Below, one piece after another: positions 15,952-24,007 of a DNA stretch of 64,000 nt. Position 1 is the first letter of the stretch. Each line of letters opens with the position of its first letter. The DNA is from an uncultured Planctomycetia bacterium (lineage in GTDB: Bacteria; Omnitrophota; Gorgyraeia; 1-14-0-20-64-10): the NCBI GenBank assembly GCA_964372395.1, contig CAYJQV010000004.1, positions 2,984 through 66,983 on the forward strand, in the 5' to 3' direction. The notes below the pieces were generated by a model. It was not told the origin of the DNA, did no database searches, and saw nothing but the letters and a program-made list of their open reading frames with translations. The translations under genes and the position numbers were made by a program.

Positions 15952-18900
15952 ATGGAGAGGGTTAAGGTCGCCATGCCGAACAAGACGCTGGAGGTTTTGC
16001 TCAAGGAGGGAAGGGCCTTCCCGCCGCCGGAAGCTTTTGCCCGCCGCGCGAACGTCCGGGATCCCGGCGTGTACGAACAGGCCGCCAGGGACCCATTGGC
16101 ATTCTGGGAATCGTTCGCCGGGGAGCTGCACTGGTTCAGCCGGTGGGGCAAGGTGCTGGAGTGGGAGCTGCCGGACGCCCGCTGGTTTGTCGGCGGCAAG
16201 ACCAACCTCTCCTATAACTGCCTGGACCGCCACCTGTCCGGCGCGCGCAGGGACAAGCCGGCGATCCTGTGGGAGGGAGAGCCCGGGGAGGAGCGGCGCC
16301 TCACCTACGCCCAGCTGCACCGGGAGGTCTGCCGGTTCGCGCACGCGCTCGAGCGGCTCGGGGTGAAGCGGGGTGATCGTGTGACGATCTACATGCCGAT
16401 GGTGCCGGAGCTGGCGATCGCCATGCTCGCCTGCGCGCGGATCGGGGCCCCGCACAGCGTGGTCTTCGGCGGGTTCAGCGCCGAGGCGCTGGGGGACCGG
16501 CTCCGTGATTCGCAGTCCAGGGTGCTGGTGACCGCCGATGGGGGCTGGAGGCGGGGCTCTGTGGTGCCGCTCAAGAGGAGCGCCGACGAGGCGCTGGAGG
16601 CGGCCCCCTCCGTGGAGAAGGTGGTCGTCTTCCGGCGGTTGAAGGAATCGGGCTGTCCGATGAAGCCGGGCCGGGATCTCTGGTGGGAGGAGCTCGTGGC
16701 CGGGCAGCCGGACCAGCACGAGGCGGCTCGGCTCGATTCGGAGCAGATGCTGTACCTCCTGTACACGAGCGGGACCACCGGCAAGCCCAAGGGGATCGTC
16801 CACACCACCGGCGGCTACATGGTCGGCTGCTACGCGACCACGAGGTGGATCTTCGACCTGAAGGAGGAGGACACCTTCTGGTGCGTTCCCCCAGGAACCA
16901 AAGTGATCGCGAACCCAGAGCCCAAATCCATTGAGCAGATTAAGGTCGGAGATCGAGTTCTAGCACACGACGGGAGGTACTCTGAAGTCCGTCGACTTTA
17001 CAGGCGGCACTACGAAGGCGACCTCGTAAGGATCCAGACTCTGTATTGCGGCGAACCGTTCCTGCTGACCCCCAACCACTCTGTGCTCTGCGGACGAAAG
17101 GGGAGAACAGGGATTCTCTGGAAACCGGCAGGTGAACTGACGGAAAAGGATTTCGTCTTGCTTCCGAAACTCCGAGAAAACCAAGACCGGGAATTCATAA
17201 AGATATCCGCCGTCGTCAGGGGATGTGTGGTCGTCGGCGAGAGAGTCCGGCGCCCGAAGATCCGCTTTTCCCTGCCTGAGAAAATACCCCTTGATCCTCG
17301 TTTTATGCGTTTAGCAGGCTACTATCTTGCAGGGGGAAGCGTGGCGTCCAAAGGCCGCGCACTGCAGTTCTCCTTTAATCGGCGCGAGGAGCCTTATGCC
17401 GATGACGTCCTATCTCTTTTGGAGGAAATCTTCGGAATCAGCGGAAAGAAGGCATGGATCAATAACCTCTGCGAGATCCGGGTGGGCTCTGTACTGCTCG
17501 CCGAGTTCATGCCTGCCCTCTTTGGAAGCAAAGCCCCTAACAAGCGAATTCCGGACGAGTGGCTCTGTTTTCCCGATGGAAAGCTGGCCGAGCTGCTGAA
17601 GGGTCTTTGGCGGGGAGATGGCAGTGCGGATCGGGACTCGTTCAGGTTCCACACCACATCCGAAGTTCTCGCCCACCAGGTCAGGATGATTCTAACCAAG
17701 ATGGGCTTGCTGAGCTCGATCGGTTGTCGCAAGAGGGAGCGCATTGGGCCCAGCCGGATCGGCGGCAGAAGCATCATCGCCCGGCACGATTGCTATTGCA
17801 TAAAAGTGGGCGGAAGGGCGCTCCAAAAGCTCTCTGAAATCCTCGGGGTGCGCCATCCTTTTATCGGGAAGCGCATCTCGGTTCGGCGACGCGGCATGCG
17901 CTCGAAAAATTACCTGTGGTTGCCCATCCGGTCCGTCAAGCGGGAGTATTACGAGGGCGAAGTCTACAACATAGAGACCGACAAGCATTCCTATGTCCTG
18001 AGTAACATGGCGGTCCATAACTGCACGGCTGACATCGGTTGGGTGACAGGCCATTCGTACGTGGTTTACGGACCTCTGCTCAACGGGGCGACCACCCTCA
18101 TGTACGAGGGGGCGCCGGATCATCCGGGCAAGGACCGCTTCTGGCAGATCGTGGAGAAGTACCGGGTCAGCGTCTTCTACACCGCCCCCACGGCGATCCG
18201 GGCCTTCATCAAATGGGGAGAGGAGCTGCCCGGCGGTCATGACCTCACGAGCCTGCGGCTGCTCGGCTCGGTGGGGGAGCCGATCAACCCCGAGGCCTGG
18301 ATCTGGTACCACCGGGTGGTGGGCCACGGCCGCTGTCCCGTGGTGGATACCTGGTGGCAGACCGAGACCGGACAGATCCTGATCTCGCCCCTTCCCGGGC
18401 TGACGAAGCTCAAGCCCGGCTCGGCGACCCTTCCGTTCCCGGGGATCGAGGCGGACGTGGTGGACGACAAGGGGAATCGCTCCGATTCCGGCTACCTGGT
18501 GATCCGATCCCCCTGGCCCGGGATGCTGCGGGGAATCTACGGGGATCCGGAGCGCTACCGGGCCCAGTACTGGAGCCGGTTCCCCGGCCTTTACTTCACC
18601 GGCGATGGGGCGAAGCGGGATCCGGACGGCTGCTTCTGGCTGCTCGGCCGGGTGGACGACGTCCTGAAGGTGAGCGGCCACCGGCTTTCCACCATGGAGA
18701 TCGAGTCGGCGCTGGTGGACCATCCCTCGGTCGCCGAGGCGGCGGTGGTGGCCAAGCCGCATGAGATCAAGGAGAACGCCGTGGTCGCCTTCGTGACGCT
18801 CAAGTCCAGCGTCCGGCCCGCCGATGGTTTGACGGAGGAGCTCAAGGCGCACGTGGTGCGGAAGATCGGTGCCATCGCGCGGCCGGATGAGGTGATCCTG

Positions 18901-19050
18901 ACGGCCGAGCTGCCGAAGACCCGATCTGGCAAGATCATGCGGCGCCTGCTGCGCGACATCGCGGAGGGGAAGGCTCTTGGAGACACCACCACGCTGGCGG
19001 ACGCGGGCGTCGTGCAGGCGCTGAAGGAGAAGTATGGCGAGTCTGAGTGA
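15952..19050 (+). CDS. acs: acetyl-CoA synthetase (AMP-forming), interrupted by an in-frame intein (extein 1: 15952-16881; extein 2: 18022-19050)
   Basis: AGGAGG RBS with ATG at 15952. YTSGTTGKPKG P-loop. The conserved FW|CTADIGWVTGHSY motif is split by a 380-aa insert. The C-terminus is typical Acs (...KTRSGKIMRRLLR...). Confidence 0.9.
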   Translation: MERVKVAMPNKTLEVLLKEGRAFPPPEAFARRANVRDPGVYEQAARDPLAFWESFAGELHWFSRWGKVLEWELPDARWFVGGKTNLSYNCLDRHLSGARRDKPAILWEGEPGEERRLTYAQLHREVCRFAHALERLGVKRGDRVTIYMPMVPELAIAMLACARIGAPHSVVFGGFSAEALGDRLRDSQSRVLVTADGGWRRGSVVPLKRSADEALEAAPSVEKVVVFRRLKESGCPMKPGRDLWWEELVAGQPDQHEAARLDSEQMLYLLYTSGTTGKPKGIVHTTGGYMVGCYATTRWIFDLKEEDTFWCVPPGTKVIANPEPKSIEQIKVGDRVLAHDGRYSEVRRLYRRHYEGDLVRIQTLYCGEPFLLTPNHSVLCGRKGRTGILWKPAGELTEKDFVLLPKLRENQDREFIKISAVVRGCVVVGERVRRPKIRFSLPEKIPLDPRFMRLAGYYLAGGSVASKGRALQFSFNRREEPYADDVLSLLEEIFGISGKKAWINNLCEIRVGSVLLAEFMPALFGSKAPNKRIPDEWLCFPDGKLAELLKGLWRGDGSADRDSFRFHTTSEVLAHQVRMILTKMGLLSSIGCRKRERIGPSRIGGRSIIARHDCYCIKVGGRALQKLSEILGVRHPFIGKRISVRRRGMRSKNYLWLPIRSVKREYYEGEVYNIETDKHSYVLSNMAVHNCTADIGWVTGHSYVVYGPLLNGATTLMYEGAPDHPGKDRFWQIVEKYRVSVFYTAPTAIRAFIKWGEELPGGHDLTSLRLLGSVGEPINPEAWIWYHRVVGHGRCPVVDTWWQTETGQILISPLPGLTKLKPGSATLPFPGIEADVVDDKGNRSDSGYLVIRSPWPGMLRGIYGDPERYRAQYWSRFPGLYFTGDGAKRDPDGCFWLLGRVDDVLKVSGHRLSTMEIESALVDHPSVAEAAVVAKPHEIKENAVVAFVTLKSSVRPADGLTEELKAHVVRKIGAIARPDEVILTAELPKTRSGKIMRRLLRDIAEGKALGDTTTLADAGVVQALKEKYGESE
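16882..18021 (+). mobile_element. full-size intein with LAGLIDADG homing-endonuclease domain inside acs
   Basis: Starts with Cys (CVPPGTKVIANPEP...). Block B TPNH. LAGLIDADG-like motifs LAGYYLAGGSV and LLKGLWRGDGS. Ends ...MAVHN followed by the +1 Cys of the extein. Confidence 0.85.
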
Positions 19051-20236
19051 GGTCGAGAAAAGCTCCCGGCGGACGGTCTGGCTGGAGGGGCAGGTATTGT
19101 GCCTCCTGGATCAGCGGGCCCTGCCGCACCGCAGGGTCGTCCTGCGCCTGGAGTCGTATCGGCAATCCGTGCAGGCGATCCGGGAGATGGCGGTGCGCGG
19201 GGCGGGGACCATCGGTGCCGCAGGCGCATTCGCCATGGCGCAGGCGGTGCTTGCTGCCCCGCCGGACCGATTCCAGGAAGAGATCGAGCAGGCGCGGGCG
19301 GCTGTGAGCGGCGCCCGGCCCACAGCCAAGAACCTTTCCTACGGTGTCGAGCGGGTGGTGCGTGCGGTCCGCTCCGCGCGCGGTGTGGAAGAGGCCAGGG
19401 TGAAGGCGGCGGCGGAGGCGCAGGCCGTTTACGACGACGATGTCCGGATGACGGAGAAGATCGCCGAGGCAGGCCTGGGGGTGCTGCCGGGCGGCAAGGC
19501 GGTGCTCACCCACTGCAATGCCGGCTGGCTGGCGTACCCGGGATGGGGCACGGCGCTGGCGCCCCTGTACCTGGCCCACTCCACCGGCCGCCCGGTCTTT
19601 GTGATTGCGACGGAGACGCGCCCGCGCAGCCAGGGGGCGAAGCTGACGACCTGGGAGCTGTCCCAGGCCGGGGTGCCGCATGCGCTGATCGCCGACACCG
19701 CGGCCGGTTCCACCATGGCGCAGGGGGAGATCGGCGCGGTGATTGTGGGAGCGGACCGGATCGCGGCCAATGGGGATACCGCCAACAAGGTCGGGACCTA
19801 CACCCTGGCGGTTCTGGCGAAGGCGCATGGGATCCCGTTTTATGTCGCGGCCCCCTCCCCTACCTTCGATGCGAAGTGCCCATCCGGCGCCCAGATCCCG
19901 ATTGAGGAGAGGGACGAGCGGGAGGTTCTGGAGGTGGAGGGGGCGGTGGACGCCGGCGCCGGGACGCTCGCTTCGGTTCGCGTAGCCACACCGGGCGTCC
20001 GCGCCAGGAACCCGGCCTTTGACGTGACCCCGGCTTCCTACATCACCGCCTTCATCACCGAGTGCGGGTTGATCCAGCCCAACCGGGAATCGGTCGGGCG
20101 ATTCTTTGCCAGCACCGCTGAAGGAAGAGCCCCAGCAGCGCTCCAACCCAGTTCAACGCCACATCCGACCACTGAAAAAACCTCTGCGGCAGGAATCCCT
20201 GGACGGCCTCCTCAGCCCAGCCGACCAGTAAGATAA
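19034..20236 (+). CDS. mtnA: S-methyl-5-thioribose-1-phosphate isomerase (eIF-2B alpha/beta/delta family) with ~50-aa low-complexity C-terminal tail
   Basis: ...GADRIAANGDTANKVGTY... and ...NPAFDVTPASYITAFITE... are MtnA signatures. 17-nt overlap with acs. Confidence 0.8.
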   Translation: MASLSEVEKSSRRTVWLEGQVLCLLDQRALPHRRVVLRLESYRQSVQAIREMAVRGAGTIGAAGAFAMAQAVLAAPPDRFQEEIEQARAAVSGARPTAKNLSYGVERVVRAVRSARGVEEARVKAAAEAQAVYDDDVRMTEKIAEAGLGVLPGGKAVLTHCNAGWLAYPGWGTALAPLYLAHSTGRPVFVIATETRPRSQGAKLTTWELSQAGVPHALIADTAAGSTMAQGEIGAVIVGADRIAANGDTANKVGTYTLAVLAKAHGIPFYVAAPSPTFDAKCPSGAQIPIEERDEREVLEVEGAVDAGAGTLASVRVATPGVRARNPAFDVTPASYITAFITECGLIQPNRESVGRFFASTAEGRAPAALQPSSTPHPTTEKTSAAGIPGRPPQPSRPVR

Positions 20237-20444
20237 TGGCCAAGGGGAAAGGCCGTCCGGCCCGAAAGGCCCAGCCGGTCAGGACACCCAGCGCAGCGTA
20301 CTCCAGGATGTGAAACTCCTCGATCGTCACAAATCTTCCGATCCGGTCCCGGAGGAAACCGGTCCAGACAGGCCAGGCGGCCGGGAGCGTTGCAAAGAGG
20401 AGGAGGATGTACCCCGCCACACACCAGCGGGGAGCGCTCTTCAC
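20055..20444 (-). CDS. VanZ-family membrane protein
   Basis: 129 aa, 3-4 TM helices. ...EEAVQGFLPQRFFQWSDVALNWVGALLG... matches the VanZ signature (ExxQxxxPxR..D...N..G). Confidence 0.65.
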   Translation of the reverse strand: MKSAPRWCVAGYILLLFATLPAAWPVWTGFLRDRIGRFVTIEEFHILEYAALGVLTGWAFRAGRPFPLAIILLVGWAEEAVQGFLPQRFFQWSDVALNWVGALLGLFLQRCWQRIARPIPGWAGSTRTR

Positions 20445-20445
20445 G

Positions 20446-20769
20446 TCAGCCGGGACCCTCCCTCTCAGGCAGCAGGGTCACCTCCAGGGATGTCGTTTGC
20501 CACCAGATCCAACGGCCGAATGGGCCCGCCCAGGCGACCCAGGCGAACGGCAGGATGCTGGTGGCACGATAGCGGGTATTGCACGACACGCAGTAACAGG
20601 TGAGCCCCATCCGCTGGAGCGGGCCGCGGAGGAAGGTTCGCCGGACCGGCACGGCAGTGGCAAGCCGCCCGCGGCAGGAGGGGCAGAAGCGAGGGGCGGG
20701 GTAGAACTGATAGGCGGGCAGGGGTGCGGTGGGAGGCGCGGGTGGGGGCGGAGACGGGGGCAGCGCCAC
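20446..20769 (-). CDS. small Pro-rich zinc-ribbon membrane protein (DUF983-like), hypothetical
   Basis: GTG start overlapping the stop of the upstream FAD oxidase. CPSC...CVSC zinc ribbon followed by a hydrophobic helix. Strong GC3 coding bias. Lies between two same-strand genes. Confidence 0.4.
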   Translation of the reverse strand: MALPPSPPPPAPPTAPLPAYQFYPAPRFCPSCRGRLATAVPVRRTFLRGPLQRMGLTCYCVSCNTRYRATSILPFAWVAWAGPFGRWIWWQTTSLEVTLLPEREGPG

Positions 20770-22289
20770 TACAGCTCCTGGAGTAGCTCGATGGGAAAGA
20801 TGTTCCCTGGGCTGAGGATCCCCCGGGGATCGAGCCCCTTCTTCACACGCGCCATCTCCTTCAGCCCCTCGCGTCCTACCATCATCTCCAGGTAGGGGAC
20901 GCGCAGCTTTCCGATCCCATGCTCGGCGGAGATCGTACCGCCCAGCTGAATTGCCTTGCGGGCGATCCGCTCGTAGAAGGCAAGGGCACGCTTGAACTCC
21001 TCCTGGGTCGCGGGAAGGAAGTTGGCGTGCAGATGGTTGTCCCCGAGGTGTCCCCAGAGGGTGGCAGCCATCTGCGACTTCGGCAGCTCCTCCAGAGTGA
21101 AGCGGAACATCTCCTCCGCTCCGGGGTCCGGGACCGCGCAGTCGGTCCCGACCTTCCGGAAACCGTTCCGGGCCACCTTCTCGTTGACGAGCACCGGCAG
21201 GTCGTACCGGAATTTCCGGAACTCGCGGTGGTCCTCCGGCCGATGGGAGAACCAGCAGTCGGATGCACTGGCCCCCGCCGACTCGGAGGCCCCCGTCCAT
21301 TCCTGGAGGAGCGCCTCCTGCTCCGATTTGCTGCACTCCTGCTCGAAGAGCAGGGCCGCCCCCGCGTGCTCCGGCGTGTCCGGATGCTTCTCTGAAAGGA
21401 GCCGCAGGGAACAGGAGTCGAAGAACTCCAGGGCACGGGGGGAAAGCCCCATTCCCTGCACCCGTGGGGTCAGACCCTCTGGGGTCTGACCCCAGAGGGT
21501 CTGACCCCATTCTGCCTGGCCCTTGGCCTTGGCTGCGAAGCGGAAACAGTCCAGCTCCGTATTGAAGAAGAGGATCCCGCTGAAGACCGACTCGGGCCTC
21601 GGCAGGACTTTCAGCTCGATCCGGGTCACCACCCCCAGCGTTCCCTCGGATCCCACAAAGAGATCCACAAGATCCATTCCATCCTCGGCGAAATAGCCGG
21701 CCGCGTTCTTGGGGCAGCGGGACCGGTAGGTGGGCACCGGCAGGTCCGCGGAGGCGCCAGCCGGGAAGGGAATCCGGAGGATTCCCTGGCGGGCGGTAAT
21801 CTCTCCGCGCCGGATCTCCAGAACCTCCCCGCTGGCCAGCACGACGCGCAGGGCTTGCACGTACGCGCGGGTCGGGCCGTACTTGAACGACCGTGAACCG
21901 GAGGCGTTGGTGGCCACGTTCCCCCCGAGCGAGGCCTTCCTCTCTCCGGGGTCCGGCGGATAGAAGAGCCCTCGCGGCTCCAGTGCGGCGTCCAGCTCGG
22001 AGAGGGTAACGCCCGGCTCAACGATGGCGATCCCTGCGGGAGAGGTCCTGTCCCACCGGACCTCCAGGATCCGGTTCATCTTCTCCGTGCAGAGGACCAC
22101 GCCCCCTTGAGGGACCCTCGCCCCGGTCAAGCCGGTTCCCGCGCCGGAGATCGTCACGGAAATTCCCTGCTTCTGGAAGGTGCCGAGGAGGGAGGCCACC
22201 TCACCTTCGGAGGTCGGCAGGAAGATCCGGTCCGCCTTCCCGCGAAAATGGGAGGCGTCCCGCAGATGGTCGTCCGCCGCCTGGTTCAC
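20769..22289 (-). CDS. FAD-linked oxidase (GlcD / D-lactate dehydrogenase family) carrying an in-frame repeat-derived insertion
   Basis: FAD-binding PCMH domain (...TISGAGTGLTGARVP...) and a C-terminal FAD-oxidase domain. A 15-aa WGQTLWGQTPEGLTP insert is encoded by the palindromic repeat at 21466-21508. Confidence 0.8.
   Translation of the reverse strand: MNQAADDHLRDASHFRGKADRIFLPTSEGEVASLLGTFQKQGISVTISGAGTGLTGARVPQGGVVLCTEKMNRILEVRWDRTSPAGIAIVEPGVTLSELDAALEPRGLFYPPDPGERKASLGGNVATNASGSRSFKYGPTRAYVQALRVVLASGEVLEIRRGEITARQGILRIPFPAGASADLPVPTYRSRCPKNAAGYFAEDGMDLVDLFVGSEGTLGVVTRIELKVLPRPESVFSGILFFNTELDCFRFAAKAKGQAEWGQTLWGQTPEGLTPRVQGMGLSPRALEFFDSCSLRLLSEKHPDTPEHAGAALLFEQECSKSEQEALLQEWTGASESAGASASDCWFSHRPEDHREFRKFRYDLPVLVNEKVARNGFRKVGTDCAVPDPGAEEMFRFTLEELPKSQMAATLWGHLGDNHLHANFLPATQEEFKRALAFYERIARKAIQLGGTISAEHGIGKLRVPYLEMMVGREGLKEMARVKKGLDPRGILSPGNIFPIELLQEL
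21466..21508. repeat. palindromic repeat element copy A (GGGGTCAGACCC-tct-GGGGTCTGACCCC-agag-GGTCTGACCCC)
   Basis: Perfect 12-bp inverted repeat plus a third arm. Lies inside a CDS and is in frame. Confidence 0.8.
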
Positions 22290-22311
22290 TCCGGCTTCGG
22301 AATCAGCTGCG

Positions 22312-22944
22312 CTAGCGGCCGCGTCGGGCGGTGACGACCGAGGATTTCATGAGGGCGTCGGCCGCCGGCGGCGAGAAGCCGACATAGCCGCGGTGTCTCT
22401 CGATGATCTCGACCACCGTGAAGGGGTGCCCGCGCTTGACGTCGGCGGCGGTGAAGACCTGCCTGAGATCGGTTCCCGGCGCCCCGACGATCGGCCCGGC
22501 GAAGCGGATCCCCTTCTTCTTCATGAGGATGACCGCCCGGTCAATCTCCTCGACCCGGACCGCGATGTGGTGGAGGACCCTGTCCGAAAAGCGCCGCACC
22601 CAGGGAGGGATGACGCTGGTGTTGCCGCGGGGCCCCTTGAAGGCCTGATCCATGAAAACGGCCGGCAGCCCGGGCTTTCGGTACACCTTGGCCCACCAGT
22701 CGTCGTACTCGAGGATGCCCTCCCTGCCGATCGTCCGGTCCCAACGGAACCCCAGCCGGAGGAACTCCTTCGCCCGCCGGTCCACATCCAGAGTCCGGAC
22801 CGTGATGTGGTCCACCAGGGGGAAGAGGCCGACCCCGATCCGATCCAGGTGCTCCCGGAGAATGCCGGAGGGGCGGGAGTTCCTCACGAACTCCTCCACA
22901 TAGCGCCGGACGACCCTTTCCGCGCGATCGCGAGGCGGCTTCAT
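22312..22944 (-). CDS. VOC (glyoxalase/dioxygenase-like) family protein
   Basis: Two glyoxalase-like beta-alpha-beta modules. Weak family assignment. Confidence 0.45.
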   Translation of the reverse strand: MKPPRDRAERVVRRYVEEFVRNSRPSGILREHLDRIGVGLFPLVDHITVRTLDVDRRAKEFLRLGFRWDRTIGREGILEYDDWWAKVYRKPGLPAVFMDQAFKGPRGNTSVIPPWVRRFSDRVLHHIAVRVEEIDRAVILMKKKGIRFAGPIVGAPGTDLRQVFTAADVKRGHPFTVVEIIERHRGYVGFSPPAADALMKSSVVTARRGR

Positions 22945-23038
22945 GGCAGCATTATAACCGATTCAGCCGGGCTGGCTGAAACGAACAGCCCCGGGATCTT
23001 TGAAGACCCCGGGGCCGTTGGGGATGAGACGCGGGCTC

Positions 23039-23404
23039 TTACGCGCCCCACATGCACATGGGGCAGTCGGAAGCGATCTGAGAGCCGTCCTTGGCCTTGG
23101 GCAAGGGAGCGGTGATGATTTCAGACGCACCCTTGACGGCGCGCAGGCAGGTGTGTCCGATCCCCTTCCCAACGCCGACCAGAACGTTCCCGCCAGCCCT
23201 GGCCTCCTTCACCGGCTGATTGACCAACTCCGTCCAGCACAGGCCGGTGTTGGCCGCCCCGCGGGTCAACTGCGAGCCGCTCTTCACCAGGTGGTTGTCG
23301 GAGGTTGTGTTCGTGCAGACCGGGCAGTCCCCCGCAGCCAGGGCGACGGCGGACAGCCCGAGCAGTACCGTCAACACCACAACTCCCTGCAAGAACCTTT
23401 TCAT
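23039..23404 (-). CDS. small secreted Cys-rich hypothetical protein
   Basis: MKRFLQGVVVLTVLLGLSAVALAA signal peptide. Six Cys residues. ATG at 23402-23404. The upstream ORF extension is ignored. Confidence 0.5.
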   Translation of the reverse strand: MKRFLQGVVVLTVLLGLSAVALAAGDCPVCTNTTSDNHLVKSGSQLTRGAANTGLCWTELVNQPVKEARAGGNVLVGVGKGIGHTCLRAVKGASEIITAPLPKAKDGSQIASDCPMCMWGA

Positions 23405-23639
23405 CCTGCCCTCCCCATGGGTTGTACCGGCCCAACGCACCGGTGTGAAATTGCCATAGGATACAATACGCCGGCCTTTCGCGCAAGCAATGCCGTCACC
23501 GCCTGGCATCGGTGGCTTTCCAGGCAAGGGGTCCCCATCCATGCGGCGGGTCGTTAATAGGCATTAAAATCTACTTAGATCATTGACGCTGGTGGATCGA
23601 TCAGCCATACTTTCTAATGAAACCACCGAGGAGCTAGAG

Positions 23640-24002
23640 ATGAAGGCAACTTTACCTGTCTTGATCACAGCGGCAAGCATAGCGTTTTTCTCGCCTGAGA
23701 ACGCCCAGGCGATAGAGCCGATACAGGGTCATGGAGCCGTCGAATCTGCCGTCAGCGATGGAGGGCCCCAGGCGATTCCTGAAGAGATGAAACCCCAAGC
23801 CGCCAGCCTTACATTGATCGTGGATCCAAAGAACCGGGAGCTGCCAAAGCCGCCTCCTCGCCCAATTCCAGATCCCGAGCCGGAGCCGCCACCGCCGCCT
23901 GTCCCTCCGAGCAGAATCGTGAATCCGGAAACCGGGGAGCCGGTCATAGACTCTCAGCCTGCCTTGCCCGATCTGAAAGATATTCCCGAGGGGATTGTGT
24001 AA
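23640..24002 (+). CDS. secreted Pro-rich hypothetical protein (lower GC than surroundings)
   Basis: GAGGAG RBS. MKATLPVLITAASIAFFSPENAQA signal peptide. PEPEPPPPPVPP tract. Local GC is ~55%. Confidence 0.5.
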   Translation: MKATLPVLITAASIAFFSPENAQAIEPIQGHGAVESAVSDGGPQAIPEEMKPQAASLTLIVDPKNRELPKPPPRPIPDPEPEPPPPPVPPSRIVNPETGEPVIDSQPALPDLKDIPEGIV

Positions 24003-24007
24003 GAAGG

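Noticed and set aside
20446-21510. 354-aa minus-strand ORF overlapping the FAD oxidase gene
   Set aside because: Same strand but a different frame from the real GlcD-like gene. Only its C-terminal 107 codons (20446-20769) were retained as a possible small Zn-ribbon protein.
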